Positions 1-11,503 of a stretch of 64,000 bases of DNA are shown here, piece after piece. The notes beneath the pieces were generated by a model. It had not been told where the DNA came from. It saw nothing but the letters and a program-made list of their open reading frames with translations, and searched no databases. The position numbers and the translations under genes were made by a program. Source of the stretch: Tubiluchus corallicola (lineage: Eukaryota; Animalia; Priapulida); assembly GCA_030141605.1 (NCBI GenBank), contig JAQGDQ010000579.1:1-64000 (forward strand), written 5' to 3'. Positions within the stretch are counted from its first letter, which is position 1. Each line of letters opens with the position of its first letter.

Positions 1-1328
1 AGAAGACCAGGTTTCTTAACTGCGTCTGAATAGCTGGTATTGTGAGATGAACCAATACGTAAATTAAACGAGTTATTTAGGCGCGAAATTGCAGAATTGT
101 GTTGGTATGGGTTTGTATGGGACATTGGCTTGCGTCTTGTTTTCACGTACCAACGCTTAGGATCATTGTGTAAACATAAGTTCAGTCGTTCTGCTAATTT
201 TGATACACCAGCACGACTTAAATGTAAACCGTCTCTTGCCATTAACCCTTCAGCTAAAAAATGACTTTGAATGTTGCACAATAAATAGCCCTCTTTGTTA
301 GCTAAATAGACTAGATCATCATTGAAAGAGCGTATAAGCTCGTTTGTCAGAAAGATATTACATGGTTTTGCATTAAAATGCTTACTTTTTGAAGTCAGCG
401 GTATATTACAAATAAAAATGTTTGCAGCTTTAAACTTACTTGCAATGTTTTTTGCACAGTTGTCTGCAATTGTAATGATGTCTCTAACTGATGATTCTTT
501 GTCGATTTGCTGTCCAACCTCGTCGCATTTTTGCGCTAGCCGTCTTATGTCATTTACACCACAAGCGATGATCACATTTTCAAGCTTCATAGCTGGATAA
601 TGGTTTAACACTTTTGTGCTTAACTCTTCTAATGTTAAGCCTCTGTATGAGTGTACCTGGACGTTTTGCCCGATGTCCTTTGGATTTAAGTATACGGTCC
701 GTGAGTCTCCCAGGACTAGCGTTTGAGTGGTCGCATGTATGGTCTTATGATTTTTCCTTCTTTGATTCACAGTTATTGTGGCATTGCAAGTTTCCTTTTC
801 CTGCAAGGTTTCGCCCTGCGATGGAAGGTCATTATTGCCGTGTTTCGATGAGGAGGTGTCTCCATTCACAAGCAAAGTTTGACTTGCTTCATCTGTGTGA
901 CTGGGATCTTTGGAGGAATTATCACTTGTTTGGTTGCTTACATTTCGCTTTCTTTTTTGTAGTTCAGAGAGTTCCGTTGATAATTTATGAACCTTTTCGA
1001 TGAGAGTTGACTGCTCTTTATAGCTGGCAGCTAGTTTTGACTCCAAGCATTGAATTGTCTTTTTACTCTCTTTTTCGTCATTTTTGGTTTTTATTTGCAA
1101 GGCAATTAGCATTTGTTTATATCGTTCGCCCTCTGGATCACCAACAAGTACGAAGTCGGGAAACACAATTTCTGCCGCCTCGTGTCCATCATTTCCCATA
1201 TTCGTCGTTTGCCTATGTTTTTTGAAGCACCTTTCGCACGTTGCAAGAAATAGCTGATTTTTATTTACTGGATTTTTTGCACTTTTGCAAAAAACTTTTC
1301 CTTGCCATTCATGTATGTCTTTTAACAT
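1..1328 (-). CDS. LINE (CR1/L2/RTEX-type) ORF1 protein with SGNH/GDSL esterase domain, running off the window edge
   Basis: Hand translation from ATG at 1328 shows no stop down to position 3 (442 codons). Order: Cys/His-containing N-terminus, charged coiled-coil-like segment, S/T-rich linker, then LVLGDS, YRG, CGVND and DGLH (SGNH blocks I, II, III, V). Intronless and inside a host intron. Confidence 0.85.
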   Translation of the reverse strand, partial: MLKDIHEWQGKVFCKSAKNPVNKNQLFLATCERCFKKHRQTTNMGNDGHEAAEIVFPDFVLVGDPEGERYKQMLIALQIKTKNDEKESKKTIQCLESKLAASYKEQSTLIEKVHKLSTELSELQKRKRNVSNQTSDNSSKDPSHTDEASQTLLVNGDTSSSKHGNNDLPSQGETLQEKETCNATITVNQRRKNHKTIHATTQTLVLGDSRTVYLNPKDIGQNVQVHSYRGLTLEELSTKVLNHYPAMKLENVIIACGVNDIRRLAQKCDEVGQQIDKESSVRDIITIADNCAKNIASKFKAANIFICNIPLTSKSKHFNAKPCNIFLTNELIRSFNDDLVYLANKEGYLLCNIQSHFLAEGLMARDGLHLSRAGVSKLAERLNLCLHNDPKRWYVKTRRKPMSHTNPYQHNSAISRLNNSFNLRIGSSHNTSYSDAVKKPGL

Positions 1329-1460
1329 ATACTTTGTTCGACGTAGTATCTTTTAACTATAAGTAAATTTGTACAGCCTTGGCCTCACGGCCTAATCACA
1401 ATCTATTCAACACTAACTGGTGAGAACTAAGAGAAATATTCACCCAAGCGCCCATGTTCC
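1..1460 (-). mobile_element. 5' part of a non-LTR retrotransposon inserted in the intron after exon 9
   Basis: Esterase-type ORF1 plus ~130 nt of putative 5' UTR; 5' boundary approximate. Confidence 0.7.
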
Positions 1461-1971
1461 CAAAGCAACATTACTGGATAATTAACACTATAAATAGATG
1501 CCGTACATAACTTGATATTGAGTCAAGCAGCTTCAACAGGCGTTAAATTCACATCAGTGTAGTACTGAACCATAGCAATGCACCTCTTGTATGCTTAAAA
1601 TGCATGTTCCTTGCTCAAAACATCAACATTCACTTTCATACAGTTGATATAAAACCTAAATCTTAGTTTAAACACCATAATTGTTTTTCTGTTCAGAGAT
1701 CATTGTTTTTGCAATAGAATGGCTGTTTTTCATCAGTAATTCATTCTGCTTATCTTGGCTGGCACTATAACGGGGGTACATTTATAATGTAAAATAGACT
1801 TTTGGCACAGTAGGTAGAGGTAGGCGAGGTTAGCAGTATTCCTTATATTTAACACATTATGGAAATCCGAACAAGTCAAAGGTCGGCGTTAAGACGAGGC
1901 TGGCGTTAAGATGAGGTTTGACTGCAGTCACAATGAATAGTAGCTCAATGCATACAGGTAATGACACTTAC

Positions 1972-2137
1972 ACGTGACGCTCATCAACGCGTACTTGTAG
2001 CTGTTTCCTGCATCGTTACGCGCCTCACACGTATACTGTCCTTTATCCGTTCCTTGTACGTTTTCTATGGATAACGTCAGCACTTTGCTATACTTTTCGC
2101 CTCCGCGTTGCTCCGACATTGTTAGCCTACCATCCTC
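1972..2137 (-). CDS. NCAM: NCAM/Fas2-like exon 9 (Ig4 C-half); gene continues beyond left edge
   Basis: tattacag acceptor, gtaagt donor; EDGRLTMSEQRGGEKYSKVLTLSIENVQGTDKGQYTCEARNDAGNSYKYALMSVT; phase 0 to 1. Confidence 0.92.
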
Positions 2138-3883
2138 CTGTAATACAAAATATTATCAACTATCTTTGTTCAATGTTTAGCAAAAATAAAATTAGCAAGA
2201 CAGATACGTTAGTTACTGCAACAATGCACCGCCACTTAAAAGGTCACGGTTCAATTCTGCAAACCCCATACGAAAAATGGCGCATTCGGCTTTTCTTTGG
2301 CATATAATGCTTTCTCCAAGATACAAGTGGTACAGGAATAAACTGGCATCCAGCAATAAGGCTGACAATAAAAATACTTTTGCAACCGTCTAATCTCCCA
2401 GGTATTATTATTTTTTTATCACACACCTGGCCGGGAATTTTATAACTTTTTCCGTACGTTCATATGCTTACCTGACGCAGTCACATAAAGTGCAGTTCTT
2501 AATTTAATAAAATGTAAACACTAATTATTACAACGTCGTTGTTTCAACAAGGATGCAACCATGTTGCTCTTTCGACGAGGGTTGCAATTTTGCATGATGC
2601 TGATTATCGTACCGGAGGCTAAAGAGTATCGTATTTTCCGCCAAATCAGCGTATTAATGGTCAAGTAGTATTGTGGCTTTTACCATATTTATCAGAACAT
2701 ACGTTGATAACGTACAAAAATGTATGACGGTAGTGTACATAATCAATAATTATACGATCATTTAGTAATATCAAACAAAAAAACTAAAGACCAAAGTGTA
2801 AAAAAATGCTTTAAAACATTACGGCTAACCAGTAGGAAATAAACTGTTTTTATAAACCATTTCATTGATTTCAACTGTTTTGAGATATTCTACAGTTCAG
2901 CTTCAAACATTCACAAAGCTTTGAAAAATCCCCCCCCCCCTCCCGAGACATCTGTTGAACTCATGAGATAAGACAGAAACAAATGCACAGGTCGAAGTCA
3001 CGTTTAACCCTGTCCAACTTGATGATGTAACACACATTCTGAGTGCTTACAGCATATAAACAATTTGAAAAATTTGGAAAAACTTTGGTACTAGTAAGTG
3101 TGGTTCAGGTAACTTTCATCCTAGTAATTTTGGTACTAGGAAATTTTATCACTGGGAAAATTGGGTATGGGAAAATGTGGTACTGGTAAAAATTTAATAC
3201 CGGCGACGTTTTATCAAGAATTTTTGGAACAAGGTAAAAATAGTACGGAACAGGTTTCGTGCTAGGAAAATCTAGTACTGGAAAGATTAAACTCGTACGA
3301 GGAAAATCTGGTACAAAGATTAAACTCGTACGAGGAAAATCTGGTACAAAGAAAGTTTCACACTATGAAGATATCTCTCATAAAAAATATACGTAAAATG
3401 ATCATGTGTCTACGAGATCATTATAGGAGACATCATAAATGATCAGTGTAAAAGACTTATATAAGCAATAAGCGTTTAAACGGCATAAGTTAATTATACC
3501 CCAGATAAACTGTGAATAACAATTAAGAGGTCTGCCAAATACTAGATGTTCAACTTTAAACATTAAAGCAATAGTAGCTCTTGGCAATCTTTCGTAACAG
3601 CCAAGAAATCTTTAATTAAAAAGAGGGAAACTAATTGCCTTGAGACAGACAGCGTTTTTATTAATTTGACGACTCAGCTCATGCTATCTATCTGGCTGAG
3701 AGAGATTTTTCAGCAGCAGATTTTAGTTTTTTGGCTTGGAGAAACTGAAAAATGTGTTTCGAGTCTTTCCAGGCACTATACATCTACATAGCTATTATTC
3801 AAGCGTCATGTTTCATCACTGCAATGTCTCTGTACTTCTGCTGGAGAAATTTTAGTTGCAGAAATCTTGTATAGCTGGAGAAA

Positions 3884-3903
3884 ACAACAGCAACAGCAAC
3901 AGC

Positions 3904-3986
<83 letters not shown>
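3884..3986 (+). repeat. (CAA)n microsatellite with CAG variants
   Basis: Direct reading; source of the polyQ/N/V/C/L ORFs. Confidence 0.97.
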
Positions 3987-3987
<1 letters not shown>

Positions 3988-4238
3988 ACACACTTGACCT
4001 TAACTCTCGCAGCATATATCATTCCATTTTCTGCCTGTGTTTGGGAGCCGCTTTTGTTGCACAACTCAGGTGAAGGAGGAGGGAAGGCAAAAGGAGAGCT
4101 AATTGGGCCAGTCGCGAGGTGGACCATCCACTGATTGATTGACTTTTTGTGATCTGTGTATTTCTTTCATTGGGCGACTTCAAGTCCAGATCATTAAAAC
4201 AAAAGGTCTTCTTTAAGTAATTGTTTAAAAATTATTAC

Positions 4239-4384
4239 TGGCTGAGTTCCTAAAACAAACGCTTCCTGGTCCTGTTTTTTCCACGTCATTTCCGGCAAAG
4301 GATCGCCAGTAGCCTCACACACCAGGTCAACAATGTCGCCCTCTACAGCAGTCTTGTTATTCGGTTGCTTCACTGTCGGGGGAA
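4239..4384 (-). CDS. NCAM: NCAM/Fas2-like exon 8 (Ig4 N-half)
   Basis: ttctcttgcag acceptor, gtaata donor; PPTVKQPNNKTAVEGDIVDLVCEATGDPLPEMTWKKQDQEAFVLGTQP; phase 1 to 0. Confidence 0.88.
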
Positions 4385-4439
4385 CTGCAAGAGAAAATGC
4401 AATAAATTAATTTCATGAAAAACATGACAAAATTCAACG

Positions 4440-4800
4440 AACCTGTCGGGTTTATTTTACTGTATCACTCAAATGTAGTAAAATGTAACAAAGAAATTTG
4501 CAAAAAATGTCTACAAAGCACAAAGTTAATTGATTCAATCAAATATTTGAAAATTATGATGTAACTGGGAGACTTCGCGACTTTTCGTAAATGCATTGTG
4601 GCTGTACGCTAACCACGTGCTGGTTAAACTAGTTCAAGCTTCTGCAGCTTATTAAACGTTCACGCAAAAATAGCACAAAATTTTATTTTTGACGGAAGTT
4701 GTAGGTACGCTGCTTTTCTTCAGTCCAGGAATGACGTCATTGGTGGAAAAACGAGCGTTCAAAATGCGAGTGTCCGAACATGAAGTGATCGGCACTCCAA
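4440..4800 (-). mobile_element. Family C diverged copy
   Basis: Reverse-complement similarity to about 20630-21000. Confidence 0.6.
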
Positions 4801-5270
4801 GGTACTAATTGCACTTGCATTACTAAATCATTCTAACATTTTTTGCAAATACTTTGCAAAAGGATCGATCTTTTCTTTTTTTAAATAGAATGCATTTTCC
4901 GAATATTTGCAGTAAGTAGCAGTGAGCTGCGTGTTAAATACATGAGAAATACAGGCACGGGGCTGGATTTTGATTTTGTAGATACTGTGAGGTCCCTGTC
5001 TCCCCGTGACAATTAACAAAATTAAATGCATAAGCCCACGTAGAACATCTGAAGTTATTGAACTGATTTGGCAGACGGCTTTGCTTTACACGCAGGTCAC
5101 CTGACTGTTGTAGTTAAGACGTCCTGCTCCCTAATCTTAGACCTACAACAACTGCGCCTGCGCACAACAAAACATTGAAAAGCTGCATTTTCCTTTTACA
5201 TCAACAGCCGACAGAAACATTTGTTTCTTGAATGGCATTCTGCTGAAAAATAACCCAAAATAACTGAACC

Positions 5271-5869
5271 TTCAAGCAAAACTGGGCTCTTAAATTGTAA
5301 GTAAAAACGATCTACTCTTTAATACATTGAAAACGTACAATTTTTTCAAAAATGACTTATGTCAAAGAATTATTACGACACAAACACAATTTCGCATTTG
5401 CGCCACTAGTTCTTCGATGTTACATGCATTTCGCTATCCGCTAGTTAGACACTAGCACCTGTATTTCGGAAACCTGTTGCACAAAAACCAGTGCTGTACC
5501 TCTCAATTCAAATTTGTTAGTTTGTGACATACTGCAAACGTTCGACAGCTCATGCATGAGTACAGCAGTAAATATGAAATTAGAATTTTAGGGGTTTTAG
5601 TACAAAACATCGAATCTCTTACAGTAGCACTGTGCTTCAATCTTCCTTTTTGCAAACACGTGCAACATGCTCATGGAATGTTTCTGCTGTTGAAAATTTC
5701 GTTCGTTTGTGATGTCATCAATCGTTGGGCTCGCCCGTCGTTAGTTATGTTTTAAACGATTATTTAATTATCAGAAAAGCTTTTGCAGTTTTATTGGTGT
5801 TAAAATGTATACTTTTTATCGTATTTGAAAATGGGGTAGTATACGAAGTATCATCCTGTCTTCCTTTAA
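5271..5869 (+). mobile_element. Kolobok-like MITE family A copy
   Basis: Shared ~600-bp body (gctgtacctctca, catggaatgttt); ends atcctgtcttcct-ttaa. Confidence 0.75.
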
Positions 5870-6868
5870 AGACAGCACAATGATTGGAATCCTAACAATA
5901 TTAGAAGCAATAAAACGCAACGCAAGTTATTCTATTGTCAATATCTATGTCAGCATTAAAAGCAGGACAACTGAACCTTTTTGGAAAAAAAAACGTTCTT
6001 GGAACGCTGGCATGTCTTCAAGATTTTCAGTAAAACGTAATCGTTCCCATAAACTTTTAACAGCACAAGTTACGAGCATTTGTATTTTATTATTGGATCA
6101 TTGGATTGCCATATCTCAAAACGCAACAAATGAAGCTGCAATAGAATCTACAAGATTTGAGCAACAGAATTTACGACAGAAAGAAATATTCTACTTACGC
6201 AGTATATTCTACTTTCACATTACGCAGTACATGTTGTTAGTGTACTTCTCATTACAGAATTATTTTTTAGGCCAAAATAATATATGGAGTTTACACGAAG
6301 GCCTATGAATATGACTATGACTATGATTAGGCCACGCACGTTGAATCCGTGTATACAAGCCCTTTTGTTCGCTATTGCGCGAAAATATGTAACACCTAAT
6401 TGACAACGAATGTGGCAAGTCGACTTTGAAACAGGCTTGCCCAATTGTGAAACAAATTAGCTTCAGGCTGCGTTAGGCAACTGGAATATTGATTAGGGTA
6501 GATTTTTGTCCATTTTTCAAGCACAACTTTGGCACCAAAAGACCAAATATTTATAACAGGCCTCAAACAGGCCATTTCTTGCAATCACTGAGTTCCCCAA
6601 AGCAAACTGTCATACTGAAAACGAACAGACTTAATAACTAACCCGAAAATAATCTGCGTTGTTGTCTACTGAGCACCTCTCTCAGCCCATGGTACACAAT
6701 GTAACAGTTCAGCAGTATTGCCAGCTACCGCAAGCGCTACCTAGTGGTGGACGAATGCCGCCTTTGTTATTACTTAACTGGTTAGTTGCCAGACTCACCT
6801 GCACGGATTCAACCTGCGCTGCGTTCGTGTAAGGTCAGTAATAGTAAACTTAGGGGTGTGGTACTTAC

Positions 6869-7025
6869 TCATGACCTCTAATTTTGCATTGGCCTCTGAG
6901 CTTCCTGCCGGATTTTCGACTCGACATTTGTAATCCCCCTCGTCTTCTTTTACTAAATTGAGAATTCGAAGCGATCCGTCGTCTTCTTTAATGTACTTAT
7001 CGTCGTTGTCCAGTATTACAGCATT
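6869..7025 (-). CDS. NCAM: NCAM/Fas2-like exon 7 (Ig3 C-half)
   Basis: cttttcag acceptor, gtaagt donor; NAVILDNDDKYIKEDDGSLRILNLVKEDEGDYKCRVENPAGSSEANAKLEVM; phase 0 to 1. Confidence 0.93.
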
Positions 7026-7114
7026 CTGAAAAGAAGCCATTTAATAACTTAAAATTAGTACTTAATGTAGGCTAATCCTATTTCCAGCAGGTAACACACT
7101 GTGCATACAATTAT

Positions 7115-7490
7115 CCTTTTTGCAGTTTCAGCGATTGATGATGATCCTGAAAAGGTCAGAGGTTAAGTGTACCAGACAACGCATTTGTGTACACTTGACA
7201 ACGCTTCGCAGTCCGTGCTGTTATAATAGTAACCGTTTTAACAGCTACATAGAACCCAACCTAGTTCATTTTTTGTTCCCAAGCTAGATCCTGCTAGTAA
7301 ATCACTCTACGAACAGACTAATGCATAACTAAGTAAAGTCCACGCAAAACAACTGACTGATGTGGCGGTCAGCTTTGCTTTACCCATATGTCATGTGATG
7401 GTCGTAGTACAGACGCGTTCGTGTGGTACACTTTATCTTTGGCCTGGCCTACAGCAACTGCGCGTGAGCACAACAAAACTGTGATAAGGC
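7115..7490 (+). repeat. Interspersed repeat family E
   Basis: Close reverse-complement match to 38220-38600; partial copy at about 5040-5190. Confidence 0.7.
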
Positions 7491-7733
7491 TTATTACATG
7501 CTACACATAAGTGTTTTGTCAAATAACAGCTGAAAAGTAATCAAAACCGCAGTTGATGACAAATTATTTGGACAAGAAAGTATTTAGTACTACAGAAAAA
7601 TTACTCAAACAATTTACATAACAGTTATAAAATTAATATCAAATAAAAAAATTGTAACATTGCCATAAGCAGAGAATGAAGCTTGCTCACTTGACGACGT
7701 GACGACAACAAGTAAAAAGGTTCGTTATCTCAC

Positions 7734-7859
7734 CTTGTACCAGTTAAACAGAGGAGGAGGCACCCCGTTTGCTTTGCACGTGAACTGGGCCTCCAATCCT
7801 TCTGTTGCGCGAACATCTTTCGGCAAGTCAGTAATGCGTGGCGTCGTATATACTTCCAC
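7734..7859 (-). CDS. NCAM: NCAM/Fas2-like exon 6 (Ig3 N-half)
   Basis: tttatcag acceptor, AAG|gtgaga donor; VEVYTTPRITDLPKDVRATEGLEAQFTCKANGVPPPLFNWYK (42 codons, phase 0 to 0). Confidence 0.92.
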
Positions 7860-7866
7860 CTGATAA

Positions 7867-7994
7867 AGACACAGCACACGTATATCAATATCACATACAG
7901 ACACAGCACACGTATGTCAATATCACATACAGACACAGCACACGTATATCAATATCACATACAGACACAGCACATGTATATCAATATCACATAC
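7867..7994 (+). repeat. 32-bp tandem repeat x4
   Basis: agacacagcacacgtatatcaatatcacatac. Confidence 0.92.
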
Positions 7995-10171
7995 TACAAA
8001 AGTACTGTGACATCTAGATTAATACAAACTACTCGACAATTCTGTACCAAATTTGCAAAACTATGTTTCCTGCACATTTATTCGTAATGCAAAAAATATA
8101 TAATGTTGGTAAGTAAATTTAATGTAAGGAAGACAAAAGCTCCACACAGGTGAATTAAAAATAACAAATCAAATAAATAAATAAAAGTCTCGACAAACTT
8201 TAGCGCACTGTGCAGGACTTTAGATTAGGGATGTTAAACGCTACAAAACACGGGCGCCAGCAGGCGGACGCACTGACGCATCTGCGTCCACACAATTTTT
8301 TAAGAATTTTTTTATATGGCTAAATAAAGTTTTTTAGCAATAAAGCAAGAAACACGGCAACCCTTTGTACGTTTGCGCAATCCCCGAGCAGTCGGCTGAT
8401 TTGCTTAGTGAAAGCTTTAGCTAACTGTAACTGCACTTCTGCATTCAGGGGGTGAACCCAAGGGGCCTGGGCCCCCCTTTCACAGTAGTAATGAAATTAT
8501 GAGTCACGAGTTTGAGGTGACACAATGAATTTTAAACTAGGGAGCTTGCCTGAGGAAATAGCTACTAACAACCACAAAATGGTTTAAAATGCAGCAAAAT
8601 TGCATTTATCTGTGTCCGGTGGGAAAAATAGCACACGCGCAAACATATTAAATTTCGTATGAACAGTGGGTGGGCTGTAAACTTAACAGTCTCAAATCAG
8701 TTTTATGTTTGATTATCCACAAGTTGCTGTGTAGATAATGTTGACACTAAATAAATTAAACTTAAGTAATGGTTCATCCGCATTGCAGTGTATTACGAAC
8801 CTGCTTTTAAGATATATATATATATATATATATATACTACAATAGAATACAATGAATATTACCTAGGTAAATGTAGGTAAAATATATTTATTAAGGCAGT
8901 ATTTTTCACGTTCGAGGAAGTTTATGTACCAAAATTTAGATCTCATATGAGGTCTCCAAAATACGCTAAAATACAGGAAAATGCGTTGGTGGCCCCCAGA
9001 CCCCCTAGCTGCTTGTGCGTCCAATTTTTTAACCTCTGACGGCGCCCATGGGTACAAATTTGACCAGACGACAGCGACGTGACACAATATTATTTTTCAA
9101 TGATATGATATCAATAATCTCCTTTTCAGACGATACGATACGACACGATGATTTCAAACAAAAAACGACACCAAATTTATGGTTAGTCTTTGTGCAGGAC
9201 ATCTCAGACACTGTACGCAGGTTGTTTTACGATTAATCTACCAATACATGTAATTTATGACAAAATTCTCTTCTTCATTTATAAGGTAAAATAATATGAA
9301 CATGTGAACTGCAACCAATAAGCATATTACGCTTAGATCTATTACTACGTAATACATACTTATTAACGTGAACTGCACTGCTTGTACGTAACTGGGAAAA
9401 TGCCCCACGGCGTCCCGTAACGGGCGTTTTCCCGGACCCAACTCGCGATTTTTTCAAAATTTTGCTCAAACAGCCTGTAGAAGAAACATTCTAGCAGGGC
9501 CGGCCCGGTGGGACTCTCAATAGGAGATATATAGCCCTTTAGAAAGAGGAAGAACAGGGCTACATTATGATAAGGGCTATATTTTAGGACACATCCACCA
9601 AGAGGAGTAGCGAGGAGTTAATTAGATGTTCTATTTTTGGCAATTTTCGCTTAGAAAACTGCTGACGCAAAGCCATTGTTGTGACGTCATCCATTATACT
9701 CTGCTTATAACTTTAATTCGGTAGAAAAAGATAAACAAACGAACACTACGTAAAACGTTTGCGTATTTTTGATTACAAGTGTATCTATAGGAAAAAATTT
9801 TTGCGGGGCCTTTGCTAGTATACTTATAGTTGTACTTAACTGGGAAAATGCCTCACTTGGCATCTACGCGTCACTACTGAACTGACTGAAGACAACTGCT
9901 ATTAGAAGAAGAAAGTACAAGAAATTTATTCGTACAACCTTACAAACAATTCATTTCTAATTTCTTTGCATAATGCTGAGTGCATAAATGAAAATGCAGA
10001 GGAAATAAAATTTACAAAGGTGAGCGATAAGTACCAAATTTAACACGATAACAATAAAAGCAAATTTTCTGTACCAATACAATAATCGATAATTATCGTT
10101 ATCGTTATCGCTAACATCTCTACATGTACAGCGGAGAGTCTATTTGTTAGTGTTTTACACCAGCACTGTAC

Positions 10172-10296
10172 CTTGATTTCAACATTTTTCAGCTGAGCTC
10201 GTTCAGCAACACCGGCTCGACACCGATACAGTCCGTTATCAGCCTCGGACACGTTGCGGATCTGAAGGCCGTTCTCGGTGATGGTGTACCGACCAC
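10172..10296 (-). CDS. NCAM: NCAM/Fas2-like exon 5 (Ig2 C-half)
   Basis: ttttgtag acceptor, AAG|gtacag donor; GRYTITENGLQIRNVSEADNGLYRCRAGVAERAQLKNVEIK; phase 1 to 0 fits exon 6. Confidence 0.9.
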
Positions 10297-10703
10297 CTAC
10301 AAAACAGTTCATGTTAAATTGAATGCTAGTGCTAAAAAAGAGACAAACAAGAGCTGTAAAATTTTAAAGTGGGGCAAAACAAGTAAAACTTTTAGCCAAA
10401 AAAAACAAAAATCCTAATAGCCACACTGTACACAACTTGTGTACCAATATGTATATTAAACGAAAAGAGAATTCTTGCCCAAGTGTGATCTCATTGATGG
10501 TTTATTTTTCGAACCAGGCCCAACGGAAGAACAGGTGGCGAAAAACCTCCAAAATTGGACCATTTTTGCCCGTTTTTTTCAAAACTTATGCCTCTTATTT
10601 CTAGAGAATGGGAATGGTCCTTGGGTGGTGCTGGTAACAGTTAGACAGCCAGTTTAATGGTGGGTGTAGTAAGTCTATTTAGAGTTCATGGAATGATAAT
10701 AAT

Positions 10704-11268
10704 GTTGTTGTTGGCATCCTTCTGTCTCGGAAGACAATGGAGTGTGCGCCAAGAGAGTCAGTTGTTGACCATATTGATGGAGCTGCAGCGTCAACTGTGG
10801 CTGAGCAATTCGATTCTTGAACCACTGGAGTGGTCTCTCCAGGGCGCACGCCTGGGCAAGGTGTATGGAGACCCTGAGTTGCCCAGACAAGAGGAACCCC
10901 CTCTCTTCCTCCCTGGTGTAGTCCAAAGGAAAGCAGAGCGATACGTTTGGCACCATGTTGGCTGCAGGAGCTGCCGGAGTCAGTGAGCATGCTGCACTGA
11001 TCCGCCTTCGGGGCTCCACTCCTGATTTGGAAGGTTTACTCTTCTACACATGACCGTTGAGTCACTTGACCTCCTCCGCCCTCTAGCCGTTGCCTGCTTG
11101 TGCAGCTCCTCCACCTAGTGTCGAGATACAGTGTGGCATCCCGCAAGCCTACAGCACCTGGTATTCCTAGGCGGTCACCCATCCAAGTACTAACCAGGCT
11201 CTATGTTGCTTAGCTTCGGTAATCAGACGAGAACCGGTGTTTTCAACGTGATATGGCCGTAGACTAAT
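10704..11268 (-). mobile_element. 5S rRNA-derived SINE (SINE3-type), full length
   Basis: 120-nt 5S head, ~430-nt body without a T4 run, (AAC)n tail; 12-bp direct repeat aatgataataat at 10692-10703 and 11269-11280 (TSD). Confidence 0.88.
11145..11264 (-). rRNA. 5S rRNA-like sequence (SINE head, probably not a functional 5S gene)
   Basis: GTCTACGGCCATATCACGTTGAAAACACCGGTTCTCGTCTGATTACCGAAGCTAAGC...GGATGGGTGACCGCCTAGGAATACCAGGTGCTGTAGGCTT; A and C boxes recognisable; no oligo-T terminator follows. Confidence 0.9.
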
Positions 11269-11368
11269 AATGATAATAATAATAACAGTAATAATTAATT
11301 TATTAATCGCTCATCACTACTCAAAATATCTACTCATCAAAAAATACAAAACAACAACAAACACCCAC

Positions 11369-11503
11369 CCGAGGCGATGCTAGTCGACCCTTTCTGCCAC
11401 GTGATGATCGGCTTCGGGTCACTCACCATCTTACACTTGATCGTCCAGTCTTGACCGCTTATGGGATTCTGTTCGGTTGGAGCATCGACGATTTCCAGAT
11501 CCT
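11369..11503 (-). CDS. NCAM: NCAM/Fas2-like exon 4 (Ig2 N-half)
   Basis: tttacag acceptor, gtgggt donor; DLEIVDAPTEQNPISGQDWTIKCKMVSDPKPIITWQKGSTSIAS resembles NCAM/Fas2 Ig2 (APTxQ...C...P.I.W); phase 1 to 1. Confidence 0.9.

Noticed and set aside
322-1225. Three plus-strand ORFs
   Set aside because: Antisense shadows of the minus-strand LINE ORF1.
3799-4134. PolyQ, polyN, polyC, polyV and polyL ORFs
   Set aside because: Translations of the (CAA)n microsatellite in several frames.
10657-11019. Overlapping 103-114 aa ORFs (also 22056-22432)
   Set aside because: They lie within the GC-rich SINE body, and frames are not conserved between the two copies.
11145-11264. Functional 5S rRNA gene
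   Set aside because: No oligo-T terminator, fused to a SINE body and enclosed by a TSD.
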